Shown: positions 21,423 through 30,982 of the stretch, one piece after another
Numbering within the stretch: the first letter of the stretch is position 1
How the letters are laid out: each line of letters begins with the position of its first letter
Source: Planctomycetaceae bacterium
GTDB taxonomy: Bacteria; Planctomycetota; Planctomycetia; Pirellulales; Pirellulaceae
Direction of reading: 5' to 3'
DNA: 64,000 nucleotides
Assembly (NCBI GenBank): GCA_016794985.1
Contig: JAEUIQ010000047.1
Location: 134,122 to 198,121, forward strand
Program-made: the position numbers and the translations under genes
The notes under the pieces: model-generated
What the model saw: only the letters and a program-made list of their open reading frames with translations
The model's database searches: none
What the model was told of the DNA's origin: nothing

Positions 21423-23117
21423 TTAACGTGAAGGTACGGCTCGAGCGCGCAAGGTTGCTCCCCCGGTTAAGTTTTGCACGTGGTGAAATCCCAACTGTCG
21501 GAGGATGCGGGCAGCCACATGCCCACGGACACCGACCCCGCAACTCACCACCGTTCGAGCCGATCGGTCCAACTCAACATATCTAGTTCGAAGTTCATCT
21601 AATGGAATGTTGATGGCCTGCGGGGCAGCCGTTAGCGGTCGGTCACGAACTTCGTTGGTGGTCCTCACATCAACAACTTGAAGCCCAGTGAGATCGGCAT
21701 CGGCATCAATGAAGTCTTCGAGACCATCAAGCTGATTCGACGCCGCGAAAGCGGCTTGATGGATCGGATCTTTCGCCGAACCAAACGGAGGGGCGTAGGC
21801 TAAGTCTAGCCCAGCCAAATCACGTACTGTGCCGCGAAATGCCATGGCCGTCGCGACAACATCCAGACGCTTGTCGACACCTTCACGACCGATGGCTTGG
21901 GCTCCCAAGATGCGCCCATCTTCCGGAGAATAAGTCAACTTCAATGTCAACGGCTGCGCTCCTGGGTAGTAGCCCGCATGATGGTTCGCAATGACGGTGA
22001 CACTCCGGCTTGGTATGCCAAATCTCTTGGCAGATGCGGCGCTCAGTCCAGTGATACCGACGGACAACTCGAAAACTCGCACGATGGAAGTTCCAAAGAC
22101 GGACGCCATCGGCGCGCACTGCCCAGTGGCTGCGTGTTCGCCAGCCAAACGTCCTGCGCGATTTGCCGGACCAGCGAGCGCGACGCGCATTGAGGTTCCT
22201 GTAGGACCATAAGGATATTCCGCAGCATCACCGACCGCGTAAATATGCGGATCACTCGATTGCAACCAACGGTTGGTCGCAATTCCACCACTGGCACCGA
22301 TTTGCAGGCCAGCGTCCACGGCCAACTGCGTTTGCGGGCGGACCCCTAAACCCAAAATGACGAGATCCGCATCCAAGACCTTGCCGCTGGCCAACATCAC
22401 ACCAGAAGCCCCGCCAGCACGATCAAGCATGACCTTTTGAATGCCGTCGCCCACATGGACGGACACGCCGTGGGCGGCCAGTTCATCCATCAAAGGCTGA
22501 CTCATTTCCGGATCGAGTATCGGCAGAACGTGTGGCTGCAACTCCGCCAACGAAACCTGAAAGCCACGCCTTTGGAGCTGTTCGACCATTTCCAGTCCAA
22601 TGAATCCCGATCCGATCACGGCGGCACGTTTGCCCGCACTTGTTCCAATCGCGTGGTGAATCCGATCGGTGTCCGACATGTTTCGCAGCGTGAAAACTCC
22701 ACTAGCGGAAAGACCTTCCAACGACGGGGTCAACGGAGCCGCACCAGGTGCCAGAATCAATTTATCGTATTCCAATTGGTACGACTGTTGCGAGTGATGA
22801 TCGAAGACCTCGACGCATTTCGAATTTGGATCGATCCGCCGAGCCTCGTGTCGGGTTCGCACATCCAACTTGAAGCGACGACGCAAAAACTCGGCCGTTG
22901 CCACAAGCAGTTTTCCGCGAACGGCAATTTCCCCTCCTAGATAATAGGGGAGTCCGCAATTAGCAAAAGAAACCTCGTCATCTTTCTCCAACAGCACAAT
23001 TTCCGCAGCTTCATTCATTCGCCGCGCTCGGGTGGCTGCCGAGGCACCACCAGCGACGCCACCGATGATGACAATTCGTAATGGCTTGGTTGTCATGTCC
23101 AATCGCTTCCCGACCAA
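21423..23117 (-). CDS. FAD-dependent pyridine nucleotide-disulfide oxidoreductase of the CoA-disulfide reductase/NADH oxidase class with C-terminal rhodanese domain (CoADR-RHD-like)
   Basis: IVIIGGVAGGASAA (FAD GxGxxG), active-site SFANCGLPYY (CoADR/Nox redox Cys), second Rossmann AAVIGSGFIGLE, C-terminal rhodanese with CGVGVRG Cys loop. Confidence 0.8.
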   Translation of the reverse strand: MVGKRLDMTTKPLRIVIIGGVAGGASAATRARRMNEAAEIVLLEKDDEVSFANCGLPYYLGGEIAVRGKLLVATAEFLRRRFKLDVRTRHEARRIDPNSKCVEVFDHHSQQSYQLEYDKLILAPGAAPLTPSLEGLSASGVFTLRNMSDTDRIHHAIGTSAGKRAAVIGSGFIGLEMVEQLQRRGFQVSLAELQPHVLPILDPEMSQPLMDELAAHGVSVHVGDGIQKVMLDRAGGASGVMLASGKVLDADLVILGLGVRPQTQLAVDAGLQIGASGGIATNRWLQSSDPHIYAVGDAAEYPYGPTGTSMRVALAGPANRAGRLAGEHAATGQCAPMASVFGTSIVRVFELSVGITGLSAASAKRFGIPSRSVTVIANHHAGYYPGAQPLTLKLTYSPEDGRILGAQAIGREGVDKRLDVVATAMAFRGTVRDLAGLDLAYAPPFGSAKDPIHQAAFAASNQLDGLEDFIDADADLTGLQVVDVRTTNEVRDRPLTAAPQAINIPLDELRTRYVELDRSARTVVSCGVGVRGHVAARILRQLGFHHVQNLTGGATLRARAVPSR

Positions 23118-23196
23118 AAGATTCGTTGTCTTTCATTATCCCCAATGAAGAAACGTATCAATTCAAGGAGCGGACTTCAATCCGCCCAGTTGTCAC

Positions 23197-24699
23197 TTAC
23201 TCTTCGACGACCATGGTTTCTAAGCGAACAAAAGCGTGGGCAGCAAGTTCTTGAGCATCGATCGCCGACTGTTGGATCGTCAGGTAAGATCTTTGAGCCG
23301 TGAGCAGTTCTAAATAATCGATCTCGCCCTGCTGGTGGGCTTGTTGGGCTAATGTCAATCGTTCCTGGGCCATCGCCAGTAACGTGGAATTGATCTGTTG
23401 AGTCATCGCGCGCGCCGCTTCGTACTGCCCACTAGCCTCGGCTACCCGCGCCATGATTCGTCGCTCGATCGACGAAAGATCCGCTTGCAGACGAGTAACT
23501 TCCCCTCGAGCCGCTTGCACGAGTCCGTTTTTGCGATCCGTGATTGGTAACGCAACACCTATTTGAATACCAACAATGGTATCACGACTCAATGCATCCT
23601 GTTGGACCGATGCTTGCGTGTTGACATTGGGAACAATTTCAACTTCCGCTCGCCGCAATTCGCATTTGGCCGACTCCCACGAGGCGCGAGCTGCGGCCAA
23701 TTCGGGACTAGAGACTTCGATCGAGGCCACATCTTGGCTAAGTATCGTGGGCCAAGGATCGCTGCCAATCGCGTCGACTTGCTGTTCAGTAATCGCCAAC
23801 GTCTGCGCTAATATCCGGCTTTTCGCTACCGCATCGATCTCGGCTTGTTGCCGCGCCATCACTACTTGGGTCTGTTCCAATCGAGCTTGCAAGACAGTGC
23901 CTTTGCTCACTTCAGCCGCCTGGAACAATTTTTCGTTTATCGCGACGGCCTCGCCCAAGAGCAATTCCAACTGTGTGAGCAGAGCCACTCGCTGCCGCGC
24001 GGCCACCAAACTCCAATACTGACTTTGCACACGACGACTGAGTCGCATACGCTCCACTTCCAACGCCGCTTCGGCCGCGACGACTCGCCATTGACCTATT
24101 TGCTCGGCCAATGCGAGTTTACCTGCCGTTACCCACTCTTGAGACCAGAAGATCCCTTGTTGCCCGGCGCTACCTTCTTGGCCGATCTCGCCGGCCATGT
24201 AACCAACAACCGGGTTTGGCCAACGGGTGGATTGGAACTGATTACCGGACTCTCGCTCAATAACTGCTGAGGCCCGAGTCAATTCAGGATGTGTCGAAAA
24301 GGCCAGATCCAAAACAGAGTCCAAATGTCCAGATGAAGAAACAGCAAGGACTTGCTGTTCAGCGACCGGCACTGGATCCATGGCGGCGATCGTGACGACC
24401 GGTTCCAGTCGATTGGAAACGACTCGCGTTTCCCCGACGACTTGATTTGTGATTCTGTTCGTTGCCGTCGTTTTGACAACCAAGACGTTCGGTTGCAACT
24501 TAGAAGTCCGTTTAACTCCTTCGATCGAACTCGATTCGGAGCGAGCCGCAACATCCATCCGCGGCGCGCGAGGACTTGATTCTTGGGCATTAACGGCTGA
24601 CAACGCAATCGCCTGGGCCGCCACACAAGTCCAGATGCCGAGTCTCACCCGAGCGACTTGAATCTTCTTTTTTTGGAAATTGTTCACAGAATCTTTCAC
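23197..24699 (-). CDS. TolC-like outer membrane efflux protein (outer membrane factor family), signal peptide
   Basis: Signal peptide, two repeated alpha-helical/coiled halves typical of OEP family proteins. ~500 aa. Confidence 0.7.
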   Translation of the reverse strand: MKDSVNNFQKKKIQVARVRLGIWTCVAAQAIALSAVNAQESSPRAPRMDVAARSESSSIEGVKRTSKLQPNVLVVKTTATNRITNQVVGETRVVSNRLEPVVTIAAMDPVPVAEQQVLAVSSSGHLDSVLDLAFSTHPELTRASAVIERESGNQFQSTRWPNPVVGYMAGEIGQEGSAGQQGIFWSQEWVTAGKLALAEQIGQWRVVAAEAALEVERMRLSRRVQSQYWSLVAARQRVALLTQLELLLGEAVAINEKLFQAAEVSKGTVLQARLEQTQVVMARQQAEIDAVAKSRILAQTLAITEQQVDAIGSDPWPTILSQDVASIEVSSPELAAARASWESAKCELRRAEVEIVPNVNTQASVQQDALSRDTIVGIQIGVALPITDRKNGLVQAARGEVTRLQADLSSIERRIMARVAEASGQYEAARAMTQQINSTLLAMAQERLTLAQQAHQQGEIDYLELLTAQRSYLTIQQSAIDAQELAAHAFVRLETMVVEE

Positions 24700-25257
24700 C
24701 CGACAGCTGACGCGTTGACTTCCCCAAACGCCTGGCAGTTGCGTTCCTAACGAACTTGTCGGAATGACCAGCTGGTGCGATCAACAGGCAGGTGTGGATC
24801 GTGCCAGTTGTCCGCAGAATTCAGTTCCGATTGTGACGGATTTCCGGATTGCGCCTGGTAAACTGTCTACGGGTGGCGGGATCGAGCTGACTCCAGATCG
24901 CCGAAGATAGCTTCGCCCCAGTGGGGCAAGGATTGTCAGTTACCGCCCGCGCAAACGGCCATTGTTCCGCAGGCCGCCGCTTCGACTTCGCTCAGACAAA
25001 CGCCTAAGCCGAACGATCACGTTTTGACGTTACATCCAAGACTTCTGAATCTGCTGAATCTACAATTGGACGTCGCGAGAATTCGATCCGGCCGTTCAGC
25101 CAGACCAGTCTTTCCGGCGCGCGAGTTCCTTCGCAGATCGTTTCGGAAGTGCGGATAAATCCGTGGCTCAACCGAGAAAAACTCGGTTGCAGCCAACCAG
25201 TCCGACGACCGCCGCGTGATGTGAATTGAGTTCCTGTCGTAGAGCCACATCGGCGGC

Positions 25258-28200
25258 TTATTCTGGACTTCGGGGAGTCTCGGGATGTTCCTGTGGGACT
25301 TCGGGATCGTCGTATTTGGCGGCGATCATTTGTTTGTAGTGTGCTTCCGTGGCCTTTGCCGCACGTTGGAGTTCCCGTCCACCTTCGATTTTTTCGGCCA
25401 TTGCCAGTAGCGGTTCCATCCAGGCTTGGAGAATTTGGAATTGCCCGGTGATCACTTTCATAAACGCTGTCGGGACTCGGTTGGAAACATGAATCTTGAC
25501 TGGACGATCTTCTGTAACGGTCGCATCGGGCGCGCGACGATTTTCGAGCAGCGATTGCTTGATCTCTTGCAACGACTGATTGAATTTCTCCAATTGTTGA
25601 ACCGCTCCACCAATCTGTTGGATCGTCAGGTTTTGCATGACAGTCCGTTCCGGTGCGCTGGCGTACTCCAACCATCGTTCAACACCGTGCGTCAACGTCG
25701 AGCGAATTTGCCCGAGACCATCACTGAACAACGCCAATTGCGCAATGATCTGTGACGCCTGATCATCTCCGGCAGCCGCGGCACCCAAAACTTGGTTGCG
25801 ACGATAGGTTTCTCGAATACCATCCCACCTTAGCTTCGCCTCGCCCTGCAAGCGGCCCGTGATCTCTTTGAACTTGAGTAGGTTGGCTTCGGCGTCAGTG
25901 GTCAGCGTTTGGGCTTGGTTCTCGAAATGCGAATCAATCAAAACCTGCAATTCTTGATCATTCATGATCGGCACGATCTTTTCTGCGATTTTGGCCATAT
26001 CACGATAAGAGCCCTGCAGTTTGAATGCCGGTTCCGTGCGGTACGCATCCGCTTGTGCCGCCGAGTAGATATACAACTCATTGACCCGTAACAGCACGTC
26101 GCGGACTTTCAAGAGCTTCTGCATGACCTTGACCATCTCGTTCACTTGGCTGGAAGAGAAGTTCCCCTCCAACGCCGCGTGCGTTTGCCCGTTTTGCGCG
26201 GCCATTTCGATGATCGTATGGACATCTTTTTGGCTGGCACTTTGCAACGGAGCCAACGCCGAATTGGATGTCAAGCAATTTTCCAGATAGCTGAGCTCAA
26301 ATGCCTTGGCTTGATCGCCAATCACATCGCCCAAGTTGTACGTATCCGCTCGATTAGCCAACATATCCGGGATCTTGAACTTCTCGCCACTTTCCGTGTA
26401 CGGATTACCCGCCATGACGACGCAAACTTTCCGGCCACGCAAATCGTACGTCCGCGTCTCACCCTCGAAGACGCCTTCAATCTTTCGTTGTCCGTCGCAG
26501 AGCGAAATAAACTTCTGCAAGAACTCCGGATTGCAGTGCTGGATATCATCCAAATAAATCATCACGTTGTCGCCCATTTCCAACGCGAGATTCAGCTTCT
26601 CCACTTCCTGCCGGGCACTGGCATTGGGCGCTTCTTGCGGATCCAACGAGGTGACGTGATGACCAATCGCAGGGCCATTGATCTTCACAAAAGTGATGCC
26701 CAAGCGATTCGCGACGTATTCCATCAAGGTCGTCTTGCCATATCCCGGGGGCGAGATCAGTAATAGCAAACCCATGAGATCGGTACGTTTGTTTTCTCCA
26801 ACTTCACCCATTTGCTTCGCTAGGTTGGCACCAATCAACGGCAGGTAAACTTCATTGATGAGTCGGTTACGCACGAAGGACGTCAGCACACGGGTCTCAA
26901 ACTGGTAAAGCTTCAATTCCTTTCGTTTGCGGTCAAGCAAGTTCTTCTTGTCTTCGACGTAGCGATTGAATCTGGGGACCACCACGCTTTGAAATTTCAG
27001 CAGTCTCTCCAGATAGTCATAAAAGTCGAAGTGGTAGTGGGTGTTGTCGATCTGCGCATGGCTACCGATCATTCCATTGACCGTGACCTCAGGGTCACAG
27101 GCATGAGCATGCCCGATTTGGTCGCCAAGCAAATATACCAACGCCGCTTCCTGCACGAGCCGATACCGATCTGCAGCGACTTTTTGCTGGCGTTTCGCTG
27201 TATTTTGCGTTGATTCCACCGCTGCCGAGTCCGCTGGTTCGCGCGTCGCGATCAGCGTCGCCTCACTCAAGGTCTTGGTCGCTGCCTCAATCAAATTGGC
27301 CCCCGGATCCAAATGCACCAAGAGATGCTCCAAGACACCCGGTTGGTCGGCGAATGCGGTGATCCACAACTGAACCATTTCCAAGCGTGGGCGACTAGAT
27401 TTGAGTGCCTTTACAGCCGTATAAAACGCCTCGTTGGCACGTCGAGACTTCAAAAACTCGATGAACCCATCCAGTAAATGCTTGGCATCATTAGAACAAG
27501 GCAAGCGATCGCCGGTCGTCAGACATTCGTACAGATACTCGGCAGCGGATCTCGCCATCGCAGAATCGAATCCTTCCGACTCCCGAACCATTTGCGAAAT
27601 TGAATCGCTCAAACGCCTGAGCAGCGCCTCATTGGCTCGACTGTCCGGAAACAGAGTCCGCATCGCGCGAATTCCCTGCAGCTGAAACGTCACCTCAGCT
27701 TTGTCCAAGTTCGGCCACACTTGCCTCAACCAAAAGAACGTAGCCAGATTACGAACACTCGCCGGCTGTCGCAGGATTCCCAAAGCTTGATGTTTGTCTA
27801 GGATCACACGCAGGATCTTTGCGGTATCGTGATCGTGAACTCCCTTGAGGTAACTTTCATGATACCGAGGCGCCATGAAGAGTTGAACTTCACCGATCAT
27901 CTGTTGCTCGGTCATGGCATACCAGCGTTGAATTTCGCTGCGGTTGGTCAACAGTTGATCATAAAGCAGCTTGGCCAAGTACTCGCAACGATAGACCTCA
28001 CGATTCTCAGATACGACCTCTTGTGCCATGAGCTCGGGATCGAACTCCAGGTCTTGTGGTGGCACCGGGCGGAAATAGTTTGTACCGGACAAATGAAAGT
28101 ACAATCGACCGTCTTTTGTGACCGTCGTCAAATCCAACGCCTGAGAATTGGTCATGAATTTGTATTTGCCAAACTGAATGACCTTGCCCCCGTCGAGAAA

Positions 28201-30852
28201 CAATTCTTGGCGATCTTTGAGCTGCCGCACCGCGTCTTCGCGAATGGTCTTCAATTGACTTTGAACATCATCTACTTTGACGGACTCTTGCAGCGATTCC
28301 AACTCCTTGACGATGTCTCGAATCTTTTCGACCATCAAATCCGCTGCAAAATAAGCGTGTATCGCGTCGATCTTCTCCATCTGTGACACTCGGCTGCGAA
28401 TTCCACCCAAAATTCGTTCGGCAGCACTCATCAAAGCGCTGGCGCGACGATTACGGGCTTCCTGCAGTTGCAGCTTTTTGTTGTCAAATGCGGAGTAAAT
28501 CTCTTCTCGCTTCTCAGTTAGTTGCAGAACGAACTCGTCGAATTCCGCAAATCGTCCTTCCAGCTCTTCCAGCTGCACCATCGTCTTCGTCAAATAGTCG
28601 TCGCAGCGCTGGGGGGTATCGCAGACCTCAAGATAGTTGACCACCGATTGGCCCAACAGCTTAAGTTGCGAATGAAACTCGGCCTTCCCTTCGACGCTCA
28701 ACAACTGTTTCGTCGCATTTTTCAACTTGGCCCGCGTCTGATTCAACTGAGAATAAATCGCCGAAATGTCGTCGATGATCTTCGTACGTTGCGTAGCATC
28801 CTCGATTTTCAAATTGCTGATCACTTCGATCAGCATTTCCAAGTCCTTGCTAGTTCGTTCAATCTCGGCCTGAAGTGCGTTGGCCTCCGTCACTTTCGTC
28901 AATGCCTCGATGCCGGCGAATTGTTTCTCGACTCGTTGATGATAGGGCACCAACGCCTGTGGCTGCAGGAGAAACTCGACACTTTTCTGTGAACACGCTT
29001 CCGTCTCGGCTTGTACTTGCGATTCCAAGTTCTGAACTTGTTCGAGATCGATGTACTTCAAGTCCCGCAGGCCAATAATTTCGCCGCGTACGGAGCGCAA
29101 ATCCGACAATTGTTGTACAAAATCATCAATGGTCTGGAACATCTTTTGATAAGATTGGCGGAGGACGTCTTTGGTCCGATTGCTTACCGTATCAAATCGC
29201 TGTTTCGTTTCGCGCCGGGCTTGGGTCACTCTTTCAAATTCGTCGATCGCAGACGTCGCGACGCTGCGTATTTCACTGAGAACACCGGCGACATCGAAAG
29301 CCTCGCTTCGTCCCAGCCAGAAATACGAGTCGACGGTGTCGGTCGTTCGCTTGACCAAGTCGACGTAGAGGTTGGCGTAGTTGTCGTCTTTATTCAATAA
29401 ACTATGAATCTCATGGCACTCGGCCATGGCCCGCACCACATCGCGATTCCCAATCTTAAACAAAAAGGAATCCTGATTGCCCGTCGTAAGCCCAGGAAGC
29501 GTTAGCCCTTCCTTGAGAAACGGCGTCTGCCAAATTTGTAGCGAGTGATGCTTTTGGGGACTGGCGTCCGCTCTCACCAGCAACATTTTTCCATCATCAA
29601 AGAAGCAAAAGCCGCCGCAGGTGGTCGGCGTTCCAACGGCCTGTTGGATCATATTGTACGTCAACAACAAGTAAGCGCCAGACACACGATTGTAGAACAC
29701 ATACAAGTAATCTTCGCCGTTGGCCGCAGCCAGACGTTTTTCATACACCAAGTCCACTAACCCCGTTTCGAACAATTTGGACTCGCCGGTCTGTAGGTAA
29801 TAGCCGTTGCTGAAGATCAGTCCGTGATCCTCCGGCAAGAGAATACAGGCTTCCCGTATCGAATCCAATCGCATCGCTTTGGCGGTCTTCTCGTTGTAGA
29901 CCAAGTAGCGATAGTTCTGTTCGCGGAATGGTTTGATTCTCAGCAAAATCAAGTTACCAACAATCGCGTAAAATATCTCGGCATCATCCAACGTCTGATC
30001 GCGATCTTCCACGGGTTCGCTATAGATACCAACCCCATCTTCGGTGTTATCCTCGACCTTGATGGTCAGATCGCCGCCCACCGTTTCTACAAAGACACGG
30101 TCTTCGATCGAAATGTGCGGATGTTTGCCGCTGCGATGCAGATCACGGTGCGTACGCGTCCAACGGAACTCGTGCTGGGCCGGATACTTGACCTCATGAT
30201 CGCTGCGATTGTCGACGTAGCGAAGTCTATCGCCCTCCAAAAGCCACTTGAAGGATTTGACGTTTTTCGGATCATCACCGACTTGAAAGACAAAATACAA
30301 GAAGGCGCCGATTTGCTGAAACTTCGAAAAGCGGGTGCCTTTGTAATACTTGTAGAGCTGTCGAAAATCATTTTGAAATGCCGGATCGCCCAACAACTCC
30401 ACGCCGACCTGGGTCAGTTGTTCACCTTCCCGACGGTAAATCGAAAAGACATCCTCCAAGTGAGTCTCGTTCCGCAACCCCATTTGCACGTTGTAACCAA
30501 AAATCAATTGATCACCAACGGCCACCAAATCACGCGCCACACAGTTGTGTTCGGTCGTGATTCGCTGCGTTGAAAGCAGTTCGGTGGGAATCGAACCGAA
30601 CACGGCTTGACGCGACTCATTCAGTTTGGCCAATCGCTCTCGCAACAATTCCGCTTGTTGAGTCAAACGATTTCGCAGCACTTGGTAAGTGCCCTGATCC
30701 ATCGCCGGGAGGGAGGTGGCCCCACGATCGACGGTGGCTGGAGTCGCCTTGGATTTGTCGTCGGGCGTGCTCATGGGATGAAAGACCTTGGAAGGGATTC
30801 GCCAATCGCTGATGGAAGCGACCTGTGGCCGCAGCCACTCGGCCACGACCAC
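25258..30852 (-). CDS. giant (1864-aa) protein: N-terminal ~500-aa globular region, ~400-aa coiled-coil, central helical region, single MoxR/AAA_5-type AAA+ ATPase module near the C-terminus
   Basis: Walker A LLISPPGYGKTTL, Walker B VMIYLDDIQ, sensor-1 VVMAGNPYTE, R-finger region LANRADTYNLGD. Spacing matches MoxR/AAA_5. No other catalytic motifs. It is co-oriented 130 nt downstream of flotillin. Confidence 0.8.
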   Translation of the reverse strand: MVVAEWLRPQVASISDWRIPSKVFHPMSTPDDKSKATPATVDRGATSLPAMDQGTYQVLRNRLTQQAELLRERLAKLNESRQAVFGSIPTELLSTQRITTEHNCVARDLVAVGDQLIFGYNVQMGLRNETHLEDVFSIYRREGEQLTQVGVELLGDPAFQNDFRQLYKYYKGTRFSKFQQIGAFLYFVFQVGDDPKNVKSFKWLLEGDRLRYVDNRSDHEVKYPAQHEFRWTRTHRDLHRSGKHPHISIEDRVFVETVGGDLTIKVEDNTEDGVGIYSEPVEDRDQTLDDAEIFYAIVGNLILLRIKPFREQNYRYLVYNEKTAKAMRLDSIREACILLPEDHGLIFSNGYYLQTGESKLFETGLVDLVYEKRLAAANGEDYLYVFYNRVSGAYLLLTYNMIQQAVGTPTTCGGFCFFDDGKMLLVRADASPQKHHSLQIWQTPFLKEGLTLPGLTTGNQDSFLFKIGNRDVVRAMAECHEIHSLLNKDDNYANLYVDLVKRTTDTVDSYFWLGRSEAFDVAGVLSEIRSVATSAIDEFERVTQARRETKQRFDTVSNRTKDVLRQSYQKMFQTIDDFVQQLSDLRSVRGEIIGLRDLKYIDLEQVQNLESQVQAETEACSQKSVEFLLQPQALVPYHQRVEKQFAGIEALTKVTEANALQAEIERTSKDLEMLIEVISNLKIEDATQRTKIIDDISAIYSQLNQTRAKLKNATKQLLSVEGKAEFHSQLKLLGQSVVNYLEVCDTPQRCDDYLTKTMVQLEELEGRFAEFDEFVLQLTEKREEIYSAFDNKKLQLQEARNRRASALMSAAERILGGIRSRVSQMEKIDAIHAYFAADLMVEKIRDIVKELESLQESVKVDDVQSQLKTIREDAVRQLKDRQELFLDGGKVIQFGKYKFMTNSQALDLTTVTKDGRLYFHLSGTNYFRPVPPQDLEFDPELMAQEVVSENREVYRCEYLAKLLYDQLLTNRSEIQRWYAMTEQQMIGEVQLFMAPRYHESYLKGVHDHDTAKILRVILDKHQALGILRQPASVRNLATFFWLRQVWPNLDKAEVTFQLQGIRAMRTLFPDSRANEALLRRLSDSISQMVRESEGFDSAMARSAAEYLYECLTTGDRLPCSNDAKHLLDGFIEFLKSRRANEAFYTAVKALKSSRPRLEMVQLWITAFADQPGVLEHLLVHLDPGANLIEAATKTLSEATLIATREPADSAAVESTQNTAKRQQKVAADRYRLVQEAALVYLLGDQIGHAHACDPEVTVNGMIGSHAQIDNTHYHFDFYDYLERLLKFQSVVVPRFNRYVEDKKNLLDRKRKELKLYQFETRVLTSFVRNRLINEVYLPLIGANLAKQMGEVGENKRTDLMGLLLLISPPGYGKTTLMEYVANRLGITFVKINGPAIGHHVTSLDPQEAPNASARQEVEKLNLALEMGDNVMIYLDDIQHCNPEFLQKFISLCDGQRKIEGVFEGETRTYDLRGRKVCVVMAGNPYTESGEKFKIPDMLANRADTYNLGDVIGDQAKAFELSYLENCLTSNSALAPLQSASQKDVHTIIEMAAQNGQTHAALEGNFSSSQVNEMVKVMQKLLKVRDVLLRVNELYIYSAAQADAYRTEPAFKLQGSYRDMAKIAEKIVPIMNDQELQVLIDSHFENQAQTLTTDAEANLLKFKEITGRLQGEAKLRWDGIRETYRRNQVLGAAAAGDDQASQIIAQLALFSDGLGQIRSTLTHGVERWLEYASAPERTVMQNLTIQQIGGAVQQLEKFNQSLQEIKQSLLENRRAPDATVTEDRPVKIHVSNRVPTAFMKVITGQFQILQAWMEPLLAMAEKIEGGRELQRAAKATEAHYKQMIAAKYDDPEVPQEHPETPRSPE

Positions 30853-30982
30853 AACCTAGATAGCTGATATTTTGCGGCCCGCCCACCGCGTTCGATGTGT
30901 CGAATCATCGACCTCTCACGCTAACGTCGTGGTGTGCCGGCAAATGCCGAACACCACTCAGCCAGCGACCAGGAACTGTCGG

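Noticed and set aside
25170-25195. Hairpin caaccgag-aaaaa-ctcggttg downstream of the giant gene
   Set aside because: It is a perfect 8-bp stem, but there is no adjacent U-tract in the correct orientation for the minus-strand transcript. It may still be a Rho-dependent site or a stabiliser, so it is not called a terminator.
25004-25675. 223-aa ORF on the minus strand overlapping the 3' end of the giant AAA+ gene in another frame
   Set aside because: It is Arg/Ser-rich, as is typical of out-of-frame translation of a GC-rich coding region. The 1864-aa frame is clearly the real one.
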